Shown here in pieces: positions 1 through 13,441 of a stretch of DNA of 64,000 bases. This stretch comes from Eledone cirrhosa (lineage: Eukaryota). The notes under the pieces are model-generated. The model made no database searches. It had not been told where the DNA came from and saw nothing but the letters and a program-made list of their open reading frames with translations. The stretch covers positions 37,386,001 through 37,450,000 of the forward strand of contig OZ024744.1 of NCBI GenBank assembly GCA_964016885.1. The letters are read 5' to 3'. Numbering within the stretch: position 1 is the stretch's first letter; the number at the start of each line of letters is the position of its first letter. The translations under genes and the position numbers were made by a program.

Positions 1-205
1 TGAATTATCAAAATACTGATCATGGATTTAGTACCAGAGCGGTTTTATACCAAATAACATAAACAGCAATGTGAAAATTACATACTTCAGGGGGTGGGGA
101 GATGGGTATAATATAATATAAAAGAGTAGAAGAATATTATTTTCAATAACCGATATATAAGCTGATAGCTTATTTTACCTCATAACCGAGCGAGTAATAT
201 TAATA

Positions 206-395
206 GTTGGGGATTGGCAGTATCGGTAGAGGGTCGGACGACTTGCTTAGCAGCAAAGAGTTACGCCTCTTTATGGTCTGAATTCAAATCCCGCCGAGGT
301 TAACTTTGCCTTTCATCCTTACGAGTTCGATAAAATAAAGTACCTGTAATACACTGAGTAATTGCTGTCCTTGTGCAAAAAGTAGAAACAATTAT
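206..395 (+). mobile_element. tRNA-derived SINE family A copy
   Basis: A-box-like TGGCAGTATCGG, B-box-like GAATTCAAATCC, core GAGGTTAACTTTGCCTTTCATCC...GATAAAATAAAGTACC and ATT tail. Near-identical copies at 27645, 34672, 35395(-), 39199 and 55215. Confidence 0.85.
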
Positions 396-814
396 TTGGA
401 ATTTTCGATAGATTGAAATTGAGCAAATTATAGCAATGTGTAGAGTTTAAATATTTCAGTAAACTGGAAACAACATCGTCATATTTGTAAAGTTATATGT
501 TAATCCATATCGATAGTTATTTAACTAAATATTTCATTACTTCCGGTATTTTTATATGTTTTAAGTGAGCACTTCGGAAGGTGCCTTTCATCTACCCCCA
601 CATCCTTCCGCTATAGCCCACCACACCACACAGTCTGCATGCCGGATGCTAGTTGCATACACACCCACCCACAAACACACACATGTCAGACACACACGTG
701 TATACACACGTACACACCTACGCCTCCCCATGGACATACCTACGCCTCCCCATATTTAAATAGGTGTATATATAGATATATAGCTTCGTGTGTGTGTACA
801 TATATATATATATA

Positions 815-862
<48 letters not shown>

Positions 863-906
863 TATACATACTTACATATATATATACATATATATATATA
901 CACATA

Positions 907-980
<74 letters not shown>

Positions 981-1033
981 TATATATATATATGAACACG
1001 CATATAGTAATCTTATGTGTGCGTGTGTATGTG

Positions 1034-1074
<41 letters not shown>

Positions 1075-1475
1075 ACATGAGACTGTTGTGCTGTCTCTAA
1101 AGGTTTTCCTCTACTGACGAGAAGGGGCAATTAGTAGATACGTGTACTATTCTTTGTGCGTGCGTGTGTGAGCGCGGTACGTATGTGTTTGTTTATTGTT
1201 TGTGTATCTCCATGCATAAATGAATGTGTATTCCAATGTGTACGATTGTTTTACTGGAGTTCTTTATCTTCTAAAAGAAGCTCTTGGAATATTAATGAGG
1301 CTTAAAAGACATCCAATTGTCTGGAGATTGGCGTCAACAGTCTAAGAACGCCGCTCTCAAGATGTGCGCCACTGAATGATTTCACTTAAATAGTTTACAC
1401 GCTAATCATGTGCATGCCTGTGTATTCATGTATGTATCGTATGTATGCATATAAATGTATATATATGTATATATA

Positions 1476-1518
<43 letters not shown>

Positions 1519-1562
1519 GTGTTTGTATGTTTGTATGTATATAAGTATATACATATATATGT

Positions 1563-2547
1563 ATTATATATAGAGTTATAAACTCAAATAGTCTTTTACA
1601 ATTAAATAGCTCAAAGAAAGGAATATTTCTGAACCGTGTAATACAAATGAATATATGATAGGGATAAACACTGATACAACTATACATGTGTTCGCATTGC
1701 AATTGACCAAGTTAGCTAGATTGAAAAATACTAATTAAAATAATACGGTTTGCCTGTCTCGATTTAAAATAATAAATCAATAAAAACAAACCTATAATGG
1801 CAATAGCCGTGATACCTGGACAAATTTTAAATTTTAAATTTTAAATTTGTTTCGCAACAATTAAGCGAAAGTTCTTATTCCTGTGCTCTTCTGCAGGTAT
1901 CCAGAAATTGGTAAGTTTCACTTCAAAATACTTAAGAAGACTGAGAGAAATGTGTTGTTGAACGCACATGTGTCATAGCGCCTAGCACTTCCCATACTCG
2001 TGCCGCTAAAAATAGCAGCCGGTTTTATGGGACTAAACATTAACTCAACGTATTGAGCCGAGAATATTATATATAGAGTTATAAACTCAAATAGTCTTTT
2101 ACAATTAAATAGCTCAAAGAAAGCAATATTTCTGAGCCGTGTAATACAAATGAATATATGATAGGGATAAACACTGATACAACTATACATGTGTTCGCAT
2201 TGCAAATGACCAAGTTAGCTAGATTGTAAAATACTAATTAAAATAATACGGTTTGGATACCTGCAGAAAGTTCCAATTTCTGGATACCTGCAGAAGAGCA
2301 CAGGAATAAGAACTTTCACTTGATTGTTGCGAAAATAATTTAAAATTTAAAATTAAAAATGTGTCCAGGTATCACGGCTATTGCCAATATAGGTTTGTTT
2401 TTATTGATTTATTATTTTAAATCGAGACAGGCAAACCGTATTATTTTAATTAGTATTTTTCAATCTAGCTAACTTGGTCATTTGCAATGCAAACACATGT
2501 ATAGTTGTATCAGTGTTTATCCCTATCATATATTCATTTGTATTACA
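1563..2547. repeat. Combined direct (1563-1752/2064-2255) and inverted (1637-1910/2273-2547) duplication, PLE-like rearranged insertion
   Basis: Direct and reverse-complement identity read directly from the sequence; flanked by TA-rich tracts. Confidence 0.8.
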
Positions 2548-2636
2548 TATATATGTATATGTATATACATATATGCATACAAACATACACTTATATGCAT
2601 ACAAACATACAAACACAGCTATATATATACACACAC

Positions 2637-2740
2637 AATAATTTTGAGATAGAGTGTCCGTGCTGTTTGAGCAAACAACACGGACACTCTATCTCAAAAT
2701 TATTTTTGAAAAGCATTTAGAAATGCGCAACCGGTAAAAA
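2637..2740 (+). ncRNA. 68-bp hairpin followed by a degenerate hammerhead motif (U3-A8 core, A13C)
   Basis: Palindrome 2637-2704, then UUU-UUGAAAA-GCAUUU/AAAUGC-GCAAC-CG-GUA-AAA. Confidence 0.5.
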
Positions 2741-2959
2741 CTTCAAAACTTAAAACCACAACTGAATACTAACCCATACAATTACTAACACTCTTTTATT
2801 CCTAATTAAACTATTTTTCAACTGTGAACAATTTGTCAGCATTTTCTATTCCGTTTACCAATATATAATAACTTGTGTATTACACCTCTATTCTTTTAAC
2901 TATATATATATGTATGTATATGTATGTATGTATATATATATATATATACACATGTATAT

Positions 2960-3065
2960 CGCTTTTACTCTTTTACACTTGTACTCTTTTACCTGTTCCA
3001 GCCATCCGGCTAATGCCATGCTGGGGCACCGCCCTTGTTGCTACACATGTTATCTCCAGCCTGTA
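2960..3065 (-). mobile_element. CR1-type LINE/SINE 3' tail fragment
   Basis: Matches the tail of the LINE at 40568-40650, with an ACTCTTTT-like repeated terminus. Confidence 0.55.
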
Positions 3066-3145
3066 TTGGTGTTGGATGCTTAAAGCGTCCGTATGCGGTA
3101 GGCCGTTTGAGCCATCGATGCTCTCATAGAGCAGAGTATAATATC

Positions 3146-3379
3146 ACAGAAAAAAAAGAGAATCAGTGTTGCGACGAATGAAATTTACTGGACTTATTGC
3201 AATCGTTTCCTATTAGGAAAATCTGCTTCGCAGAATCAAGACGTACGAGGAGACCTTGCGATTTTCGGAGCCAGGTTCGATCATCACATCGATCGTGCCT
3301 CGAGCTGGTCGCCAGAGAAACGATTGCGATATGTCCAATAAATTCCATTCGTCGCAACACTGATTCTCTTTTTTTCTGT

Positions 3380-3380
<1 letters not shown>
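3146..3380. repeat. Inverted repeat (~65-bp arms) ending in GAAAC...GTC-AATAAA, PLE-type 3' ends
   Basis: 3146-3210 is the reverse complement of 3317-3380. Confidence 0.7.
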
Positions 3381-3441
<61 letters not shown>

Positions 3442-3820
3442 GTCTAATGATAACAGGACGTATGAGCCTACGGAACCGAAAAAAACGAGCATCAGCATGC
3501 GTGGAAACCAAACCCATACCTCATATTTTCACGAGGATTATATATATATATATATATATATACTCGTATATCTATATAGAGATACACAAATATTTAAATT
3601 AGATCTTCCAGCCAAACAACACTTGTTTTCCGATTATTACTCTTTAAATGACTATATACGGATCCTCTGTCTTGAGAATGTATTTTAAATATATATACAC
3701 AGAGGTAAGTTGTGGGGTCCAGTCTGCATGAAGAACTCAATGTAATCCATATGTTGAAAATGTTGTAGGTTAAAATAAATCCCGGAAAACAATTATACAT
3801 TAAAAGGAAAACTGTCATGA

Positions 3821-4878
3821 TATAAGTTAAAACAATGAAATAAAAAATCAAGTCATTAGAAATATACTTAACTGCTTTACAATTGTTTCTAGGTGATGAT
3901 AATACATTGTAACTATACTTCGTTATCGATCTATGTAAGGTTAGTTACAAAATATCAGATAAGGAAAATATTTACTTACATGCATATCACCAGCTGTTGT
4001 CAAAAGTAATAATAATTTTATTCAAAATTAGTAGTAAATTAGTAGTAAGTTTAGTTCTATGACGTTATTTGGAGGTAGCTGAAGAACAAACCAATCAGAT
4101 TGTTTTTTTCCATATGATGTTAAGATGAAAAATAATTCACCTTAGTTGAGGTCATGACCCTTTGAAAGCAATGGTTGAATGGTGTTAATAATAGAATAGC
4201 TATAAAAAATCTATTAGAAAGAAGGGGATTGTCAAATTGATAGTTGAATGTATATGGTATAGTACTATATTGTGTTACATTATATTATATTATTGTATTA
4301 CTATATCTCATTATCTTATTATAATTTTCATCTTTTAATATACTATCTTTCCTAGTCATAATATTAATTTATATTCACCTAAAAACTCCATACAACACAA
4401 CTCAACATTTAATTTTTACATTCCTTTTAAACTTCACTATACCATATACATTCAACTATCAATTTGACAATCCTCTCCTTCCTAATAGATTTTTTATAGC
4501 AATTCTATTATTAACACCATTCAACCATAGCTTTCAAAGGGTCATGATCTCAACTAAAGTGAATTATTTTTCATCTTAACATCATATGGAAAAAAAACAA
4601 TCTGATTGGTTTGTTCTTCAGCTACCTCCAAATAAGGTAATAGAACTAAACTTACTACTAATTTACTACTAATTTTGAATAAAATTAGTATTGCTTTTGA
4701 CAACAGCTGGTGATATACATGTAAGTAAATATTTTCCTCATCTTTATTTTGTAACTAACCTTACACAGATCGATAACGAAGTATAGTTACGATGTATTAT
4801 CATCACCTAGAAACGATCGTAAAGCAGTGAAGTATATTTCTAATGACTTGATTTTTTACTTCATTGTTTTAACTTATA
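3821..4878. repeat. Long inverted repeat (~440-bp arms, ~170-bp spacer), PLE-like
   Basis: 3821-4263 is the reverse complement of 4436-4878; the right end runs into (TA)n. Confidence 0.9.
4690..4828 (+). ncRNA. Candidate hammerhead with a very long stem II
   Basis: AUUGCUU-UUGACAA...GAAAC-GAUC-GUA-AAGCAGU: 7-bp stem I and palindromic stem III; base of stem II imperfect. Confidence 0.45.
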
Positions 4879-5206
4879 TATATATATATTTCGTTTCTGA
4901 ATTTGTTTAGCAAGATTCTTTATGTGAAAACGTGTGTTGAAACCGATATTGTTATACTTTGGGAGGGTCATGTTGCCAATAAGAAACATACGCACCAGTT
5001 GCTTTCACTCCAATTTATTATAAATTAAACATTTTTCAAAAGAAAGTTTTTTTTAATTTATAAATTTCCGGTTGGTTGGTTCCACAACCGCACGGTTGTT
5101 CATATATTGTCAAAGTTCTTTCGTAACACATTATGTGACCTCTTCAGTGACTGGGATTCTTTTCTTTGTTTTGTGCCTCTCCTTTGCTCTGTCTTACGCC
5201 ATCTTG

Positions 5207-5390
5207 TTTCCAAAGGTAGAGTTGCGATGGAGGGTCTGTGGTTTAACTCACGTCTGTGAGAAAAACCACAGACCCCCCACCATCTCAACTCTACTTTTGA
5301 AAAGCAAAAGAACTGCGAAACCGGTAAAGGAATCAAATAAATATATATATATTTTTTTTAAATAAGGTTCCAGTTGCATTTTCGATTTCA
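5207..5390 (+). mobile_element. HHR family B copy (hairpin plus U3-A8 hammerhead at 5293-5330)
   Basis: Homologous to 18400-18575, 28720-29110 and 47111-47476. Confidence 0.7.
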
Positions 5391-5405
5391 TCTTTTCCGC
5401 TCTCC

Positions 5406-5474
<69 letters not shown>

Positions 5475-5612
5475 GATATATCAGTAAACATTAAAGGGTG
5501 TTGCCTATACATTGGTTGAAACCGCCATAGTACTATTCGGTTAGAATATATTATGTAGCATTCATCTGTGAAACAAACGTGTTGTTCATGTATATTTTTC
5601 TCATTAAAGCAT

Positions 5613-5781
5613 ATATAGTAGCGTAAAAGCGTTTCTTCGTCAATTCTTTCGCTCTCATTATATATATATTAATATGTTTTTAATCATATAAATGATATAG
5701 TAGCGTAAAAGCGTTTCTTCGTCAATTCTTTCGCTCTCATTATATATATATTAATATGTTTTTAATCATATAAATGATATA
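5613..5781. repeat. ~83-bp tandem duplication
   Basis: ATATAGTAGCGTAAAAGCG...AAATG occurs twice in tandem. Confidence 0.85.
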
Positions 5782-6060
5782 GAAGGCAAAAAAACCGCGG
5801 TATTTATATTTCACTTTTATCTTTGTGCCAATCATATATTTAAGCCAATTAACATTTGATGGGATCTTGTAAATAACATATATTGAAAATTAAATCTCTG
5901 AAAACAAAACACAAACGATGTGGAATTAAAAACTGTAATAAACATGCGTGTCTATGTTTGCAAGTCGGCTTCTGTGAATGAATATGTGTATATATGGATA
6001 TATCTATGTATGTATATGTGAATATCTGTATGTATGTATACATATACGTATGTATGTATG

Positions 6061-6092
<32 letters not shown>

Positions 6093-6972
6093 CGAGGTGA
6101 GTCAGAAAAGTTCCAAGAGTGATGTCACAAAAGATTTATTTCAAACCCCAACTTCACACTAAGAGTTTTTTCCTTCAAAGTAATCCCCCTGGAGTCTAAT
6201 GCACTTTTCCCTCCTTTTCTGCCACGTTTGCATGCACTCCTGGAAGGATTCTCCCGACAATCTCCGCAGTTCCGTCGTCACGGCCTTTTTGATGTCGTCC
6301 ACGTCTTCAAAACGGATCCCCTCCGCGTCGTACTCGAAGATCCATGACTCATCACCGGTGATGACTGTCCCTAGCAAGTCTGGTTTGGTTTCAAGACGCT
6401 CGAGGATGTCCTGGCACACTTGCATGCGTCAACCCTTCTGGTCATCGTTCAGCAGTTTTGGCACCATCTTCGCGCAGACTTTCCGCATGTCCAAATTTTC
6501 AGTGAGAATTTTCCAGACGCTCTCCCGATTCATGCCCATCTCATTTGCTATCAGTCGAACTGTCAGCCGACGATCGCTACGCATCATCTGCCTGACGCGC
6601 TCAACGTTGATCTCAGTCCTGGTTGTTGAGAGCCTTCCGCTCCTGGGGTCATCTTTCACGTCCTCGCGTCCTTCTTTAAACCTCTTGCACCACTCAAAAA
6701 CACGTGAGCGTGACGTCGTCTCATCTCCATACACTTGCTGCAGCAATCTCAGTGCTTCTGGCGGAGTTTTCAAGTTTGTTCGTTGCTCTGTGTTCATTGC
6801 TTGACGACCTGAAACATAGGACATGTACATAAAATTATGAAGAAAAAAGTTTGGTCGCTGCAGAGAGCTAAGATTACAGTTACATACTCCAGGGGGATTA
6901 CTTTGAAGGAGAAAACTCTTAGTGTGAAGTTTGGGTTTCAAATAAATCTTGGAACTTTTCTGACACACCTCG
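6093..6972 (-). mobile_element. Mariner transposon, internally deleted
   Basis: TIRs CGAGGTG(A/T)GTCAGAAAAGTTCCAAGA with TA at both ends. Transposase has the HTH region (DDPRSGR, MVPKLL) and TGDESWIFEYD, fused directly to the C-terminus, so the second and third catalytic Asp are lost. Confidence 0.95.
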
Positions 6973-6983
6973 TATATATATCA

Positions 6984-7235
6984 ACCTGCTAGAAACAGCA
7001 GCTAACTCTCCCTCATATCACACACCTCCCTACTGTCTTAAACCTAGAAAACATATCCTCTATGAGGTCACTAAACTTGCTAGAAACAGCAGCTTACTCT
7101 CCCCCATATCACACCACTCCCTACTGTCTTAAATTTAGAAAACATATCCTCTATGAGGTCACTAAACCTGCTAGAAACAACAGCTAACTCTCCCCCATAT
7201 CACACTCCTCCCTGCTGTCTTAGATTTAGAAAACA
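6984..7235 (+). repeat. ~91-bp unit x3 (SINE-like repeat head)
   Basis: ACCTGCTAGAAACAGCAGCTAACTCTCCC... at 6984, 7074 and 7165; reverse fragment near 35080-35105. Confidence 0.75.
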
Positions 7236-7249
7236 CACATTAGACAACC

Positions 7250-7523
7250 ATGCAGAACAACTCCATCGCAGCTCTGTTGTTCGGCTGGCATCGTCTACGC
7301 GCGTGTTGTGTAAGTACTGGGAAACAATACATTTCAACACTTCTTTGCACAGAGATAATATCCATAGGCGAAACTACAATTGTCACCTCTGGCGCAATTG
7401 TCACTGCTGGTGCAATTCATTCACCCAGTGCCTGGCAGACAAAAATATGCTGCCATAAAATGAGTGGTGCAACCTAACTTTGGTAACTTACTGACCCCGA
7501 GCAACGCCGGGCTTTAATGCTAG
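7250..7523 (+). mobile_element. Helitron 3' terminus (5' extent uncertain)
   Basis: Hairpin CCCG-AGCAACGC-CGGG about 8 nt before terminal CTAG followed by T. Confidence 0.65.
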
Positions 7524-7595
7524 TATATATATATATATGAATATATATGTACATACATATTTGATAATATATAAGCTTAATATATATATTATATT

Positions 7596-7661
<66 letters not shown>

Positions 7662-7789
7662 GAGAGAGAGAGAGAGAAATATATACATAAATATATACAT
7701 AAATGCTCCTATAGCTGAAACACGTGTTCAGACATATCATTTGTTGTTCTTGCCGTAATTTACATCACATTTACATCACTCCACTTTCC

Positions 7790-8075
7790 TCTATCTCTAA
7801 AACTCACTAAAACCCACTAAAACGCTCTAAAACCCTCTAAAACCCTCTAAAACTATCTAAAGCTCTCTAAAACTCACTAAAACATTCTAAAGCTCTCTAA
7901 AATTCTCTAAAACCCTCTAAAACTTGCTGGAATCCTCTAAAACTCACCAAAACTCACTAAAACCCTCTAAAACTCTCTAAAACCCTCTAAAACACTCTAA
8001 AATCCTTTAAAACTCACTAACACTCTTAAAAACCCTCTAAACCCTTCTAAAAGTCACTAAAACCCTCTAAAACTC
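7790..8075. repeat. Degenerate 10-bp tandem repeat (CTAAAACCCT)n
   Basis: About 28 ten-mer units visible. Confidence 0.85.
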
Positions 8076-8494
8076 TTTCTTACCCTCTTTCTTTCATTCT
8101 AGCTCTCTTTCTTTCTTTCCCTCTTTCTTTCCTTTTCTCTTTTTTCCTTCTTTCTTTCATTTTTTCTTTCTCTCCCTCTTTCTTTCTTTCCCTCTTTCTT
8201 TCCTTTTCTCTTTTTTCCTTCTTTCTTTCATTTTTTCTTTCTCTCCCTCTTTCTTTCATTCCTTCTTTCTTTCTATCATTCTTTCCCTCTTCCTTTCTTT
8301 CTTTCCCTCTTTCTTTCTATCCTTCTTTTTTCTTTCCTTATTCCCCTCTTTCTTTATCTCATTCATTTTCTCTATATTTGTTTATATATTTATTCATTTT
8401 TTTTGTTTCTTCTGTTATCTCACTCGATCGTTTTTGTTTCGTTTTGTTCCTTACTGTTGATGCTTTTTTTGTTACTTTTTATCTTGTTTTTTTG

Positions 8495-8640
8495 CTACTG
8501 TTGTTGTTTTTGTTGTTGCTTTTGCTGTTGTTGTTACTGTTGTTGTTTTTGCAGCTGTTGTTATTGTTGTTGCTTTTGCTGCTGTTGTTGTTATTGTTGT
8601 TGTTTTTGCTGCTGTTGTTGTTATTGTTGTTGCTTTTGTT
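8495..8640. repeat. (TTG)n-type trinucleotide repeat
   Basis: Direct reading. Confidence 0.85.
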
Positions 8641-8884
8641 ATACTTTCGTTTACACGTAGAATCGTCCCATTTGTGCACACAATGGGGAAGTGAGAAAGA
8701 TGGTAGATTGAGTGGAAGAGGATTATGTGTGTGTGTGGCTGTCTGTGTGTGGGAGAGATAGAGAGAGAGAGAGAGGGGAGGGAGAAAGAGGGCTAGAGAG
8801 AGAGGGAGGGAGAGAGAGAGGGAGAGAGAGGATATGAGATAGAAAGAGACAGTCAGTGATTGAGAGGAAACAAATCAGTCAGTC

Positions 8885-8923
<39 letters not shown>

Positions 8924-9240
8924 AACTTTTAATTCGAAGCATCCATAAGTAATCACTTAATTACGCTATTAGCAGACACACATACACACACACACACGCG
9001 CGCACACGCTCACACGCGCACACACACATTCACGCAACACACACACGCACACTCTCTCACACACAACACATACAACACATACACACAAAACAAACACATC
9101 ACACACAATCAGTCACGTACATACACATACTCACACGCCACTCAAATAGTGAAATAAAATAAATTAATTGAATAAATAAACAAAAATAAAATGTGTAATA
9201 TATTACAAAATACAATACAATGATAAAAAAATAATCTAAG

Positions 9241-9660
9241 AAAATTAAATGAAATAAAATAAAATTAAATGAAATAAAATAACATTAAATGAAATAAAAT
9301 AAAATTAAATGAAATAAAATAAAATTAAATGAAATAAAATAACATTAAATGAAATAAAATAAAATTAAATGAAATAAAATAAAATTAAATGAAATAAAAA
9401 AATATTAAATGAAATAAAATAAAATTAAATGAAATAAAATAAAATTAAATGAAATAAAATAACATTAAATGAAATAAAATAACATTAATTGAAATAAAAT
9501 AAAATTAAATGAAATAAAATAACATTAAATGAAATAAAATAAAATAAAATGAAATAAAATAAAATTAAATGAAATAAAATAACATTAAATGAAATAAAAT
9601 AAAATTAAATGAAATAAAATAAAATTAAATGAAATAAAATAAAATTAAATGAAATTAAAA
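9241..9660. repeat. 20-bp minisatellite AAAATTAAATGAAATAAAAT x~21
   Basis: Direct reading. Confidence 0.95.
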
Positions 9661-9805
9661 TAAAAATCCACTCAGCATCCTTATTAGGAAACCAGTTTGT
9701 GTGGTACATTCTGATTCTGAAGACGAATCAATGCGCAACATTATCAATTTATTTTTTTTACATGTTTTTTTATTTAATTTTATTTATTTTTATTTTTATT
9801 TTATT

Positions 9806-9840
<35 letters not shown>

Positions 9841-9865
9841 TTATTATTATTATTGTTGTTGTTGT

Positions 9866-10355
9866 TATCATCATCATCATCGTGATCATCATCATCGGGG
9901 TCGTCGTAGTCATCATTATCAGCGTCATTATAATCATCATCATAACCGTCATCACCATCACCATCACCATCATCATCATCGTCACCGTGATCGTCATCAT
10001 CATCATTATCATCATCATCATCATCATCTTCATCGTCATCACCGCCAACCCCATCATCGTCATCACCATCATCATCATCATCGTCATCACCATCATCATC
10101 CCAATCATCGTCATCACCATCACCATCATCATCATCACTATCATCATCATCACCATCATCACCATCATCATCATCGTCATCATCGTCATCATCATCATCA
10201 CCATCATCACCATCACCATCATCACCATCATCATCACAACTGTCATCATCATCCCCATCATCATCCCCATCATCATCATCATCACCATCATCACCATCAT
10301 CATCATCCCCATCATCATCACCATCATCGTCCCATCAACGCCATCATCGCCATCT
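9866..10355. repeat. (CAT/CAC)n trinucleotide array
   Basis: Direct reading; source of the poly-His and poly-Ile ORFs. Confidence 0.95.
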
Positions 10356-10428
10356 TCTTCATTATTTACAAATTGTTCATTTATATCTTATATTTTTTCC
10401 AGTGTTTAATACTTCGATACTTTGATGT

Positions 10429-10475
<47 letters not shown>

Positions 10476-10675
10476 GGAAATCCGTAAAATCGAATCTCTG
10501 GCGGTTTGCAAGTAAATTCCGCCTACTTATATGAAATGATGAGTTAGCAAAGCACTCGATAAGATAGGTCTCAGAGTTATAACATACGTTTAAATAGCTT
10601 GACAAATCGAACATTGTGGTAGGTGAAACTAACACACAATATATACCAAAGTAACGATAGAACTAATCAGGTTGA

Positions 10676-10721
<46 letters not shown>

Positions 10722-10810
10722 TCACATACACACAGACACACACGAACACAGACACATATATATATATATATATATTTAATTAGAAAGTGAACAACACAAA
10801 ATATAACTAC

Positions 10811-10878
10811 TCCCATTACCAAAGGTTTCTGGATCCCAGTCAAGATTAATATACGTCTGGATCGCTCATCAGACAGAA
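10811..10878 (-). ncRNA. Type-I hammerhead ribozyme
   Basis: UUCUGU-CUGAUGA-..GAUCC..GGAUC..-GAAAC-CUUUG-GUA-AUGGGA. Lies in an inverted repeat arm (10775-10920 versus decayed 11790-11940). Confidence 0.6.
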
Positions 10879-11470
10879 ATGTTATGGATAACAAATATGA
10901 AATGAGATTTAAAATCTGTTATATATATAAATATATCTGTTTAAAATCTGTTATATATATGAGTGTGTATGTAGTTGCGTATGTGTGTGTTTGCAGACTA
11001 GTGTATTTATACGCTTGTGTCTATGCCATGTGTATAAATATGTATTTGCACGCGTATTCGTTATACTATTTATTTACTTATGAGCTCGCAGCCTTAGCGT
11101 ATGTATGTATATCTATATATATACATGTATATATATATATAACCTGATATTCCTTGTTCGATCTTTATTCTGAAAGTTTATAGTTTTAAGCAGACAGTAT
11201 TATTGATTTAGGTGTCATAGAAACCCTACATTTGGATTTTACCAGCAGTTCCATTTGGGTCTAGGTTTTTATCATTTATTTTGTTTGACCTGTTTAACTT
11301 GATTTGTTTTTTGGCTTAGGTGGTTAATGCCTTCTTAACCACTTTTACAGTTTGTATGGCGTTTTAACATATTGTTTAGCTCTGGTTTTTTAACTATTGA
11401 GCGCTTGCCAGCATTTCTACGATTTTGCGTTTCATTTCGCTTTTTCTATCATGCGAAACACGATTCTCGC

Positions 11471-11663
<193 letters not shown>

Positions 11664-12100
11664 CTGTGTATGCATATGTCTGTATATGTATTTATGTGTG
11701 TGTGTATATTATTTTTCTTACCCTTCTTTTATATATTTTTTCTAATAATGTATATTTCCCGTTATTTTTCCAACCTCACTTCCAATTTTTAACATATTTT
11801 AAATCTTATTTCATATTTTTTTATCCATAACATATGTCTGATATCCGATCCAGACGTATATTACTATTGACCCGGATCCAGACACCTTTGGTAATTAATG
11901 GAGTAGTTATATTTTGTGTTGTTCACTTTCTAATTAAATAGCTCTGTTCTATACATAGAACACTCTTTTTTCCTTTGCATTTCGGAATTAACTAACATAT
12001 ATATAAATGAAGTATTTCCGTAGGAAAGGTAAAGGAAAAGAAAGTGCTCTATTTAGGCTACAGATCTTTTTAGTTATGTAATAAACAACATAAGATAATT

Positions 12101-12165
12101 ATTTCATTTACCAATGGTTTCTTGAAGTCAGATACTTATGCCTGTCTTCATTCATCAGAAGAAAT
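12101..12165 (-). ncRNA. Type-I hammerhead ribozyme
   Basis: AUUUCUU-CUGAUGA-AUGAAGACAG..CUGACUUCAA-GAAAC-CAUUG-GUA-AAUGAAAU; a family fragment also lies at 44085-44215. Confidence 0.7.
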
Positions 12166-12286
12166 ATATATGTATATATATATATATCTATATCTATCTA
12201 AGGCGGGTAAAATTCCCGAGATCCATGGACGAGTTCTCTCCAGCGGTCTCTGTCCCTCATTATCGCTGCCATGTCCTGCATCTCCA

Positions 12287-12445
12287 ACTTAGAGTAATAG
12301 AGTGGGTATTAGGAAAATGTATGACCCCGACGGCAGAGCTCTGCCGTCGGGGTCATACATTTTCCTAATACCCACTCTATTACTCTAAGTATTGAATACT
12401 CTGGTGCGTTATGGTCCATCTGGTTCCTTACCACAACTCCTTCGT

Positions 12446-12448
<3 letters not shown>
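12287..12448 (+). mobile_element. HHR family C remnant: perfect 104-bp palindrome (12287-12390) plus 3' tail into (TA)n
   Basis: Axis at GAGCTC 12336-12341; homologous to 33413, 42121 and 44216. Confidence 0.85.
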
Positions 12449-12490
<42 letters not shown>

Positions 12491-12741
12491 GTTACCACAA
12501 TTCCGGTTTGTATTTATTTTCTTAATTTTTTCTTAAATTAAGACAAGTGAACCCTATTGTCTATAGTTAGTATTCTTTTCATCTTAGCGAATCAGGTCCC
12601 TTGCGATTTGAACACATATATGTATATATCTGTGTTCGCTTTTCTTTTATATTCTATTATAATATACGACTCAGAAATATCTCTTTCTTAGAGTTATTTT
12701 GTTGTAAGAGACTATTTTGAGTTCCTAACCCAATTTATACA

Positions 12742-12783
<42 letters not shown>

Positions 12784-13369
12784 TATATATCATATATATA
12801 TGGATACGAAATATATACATACACATATATATGTGTGTGTGTGAGTGCATGTAAGCATATAATATTTATTTTTAAAAAAATTTGTTCATCTCTTTTTCAT
12901 TTGTATTTTCATTATATAATATTATTTTATTTAGTACTAATTCATATTTGATTTCTTTCTGCCGTTTACATTTCATCTTCTCCCTTAGTTTTCCATTTCA
13001 TATTTTAGAAAATTTAATATTTATTTTTCAATTCCTAATAAACGAATTTTTTTTTCCTTCTTTCAATTTCTGTTCCAGTTCACTCGTATTTATTTGTTCA
13101 ATTTTATTATCTCCTTTTATTTTTTCTAGAACTATTTTTTATGGCGTTCGTTGATCTTTCGTTTTGTCACTTTTTTTTTATTTCTTTGTTATTTTAACAG
13201 TTTATTTTTGTTTTTATATTTCATTCTTCTGTCTCGTTTTTATATTCGACACGTTTATATATTTTTTCATTCTAAAATTTATTCTATGCTTTTCATATAT
13301 TTATATTTTTCTCCCACTCAAAATGTTTAACTGCATTCTAATTCCGCATCTCCTACCTCGCTCACCCCC

Positions 13370-13437
<68 letters not shown>

Positions 13438-13441
<4 letters not shown>

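Noticed and set aside
1660-1730. Possible ribozyme around ACATGT in the 1563-2547 repeat
   Set aside because: No recognisable catalytic core.
9699-10534. Poly-His / poly-Ile ORFs (also 31547-32147 and 52279-52852)
   Set aside because: Trinucleotide arrays open in several frames on both strands, with no splice or domain evidence.
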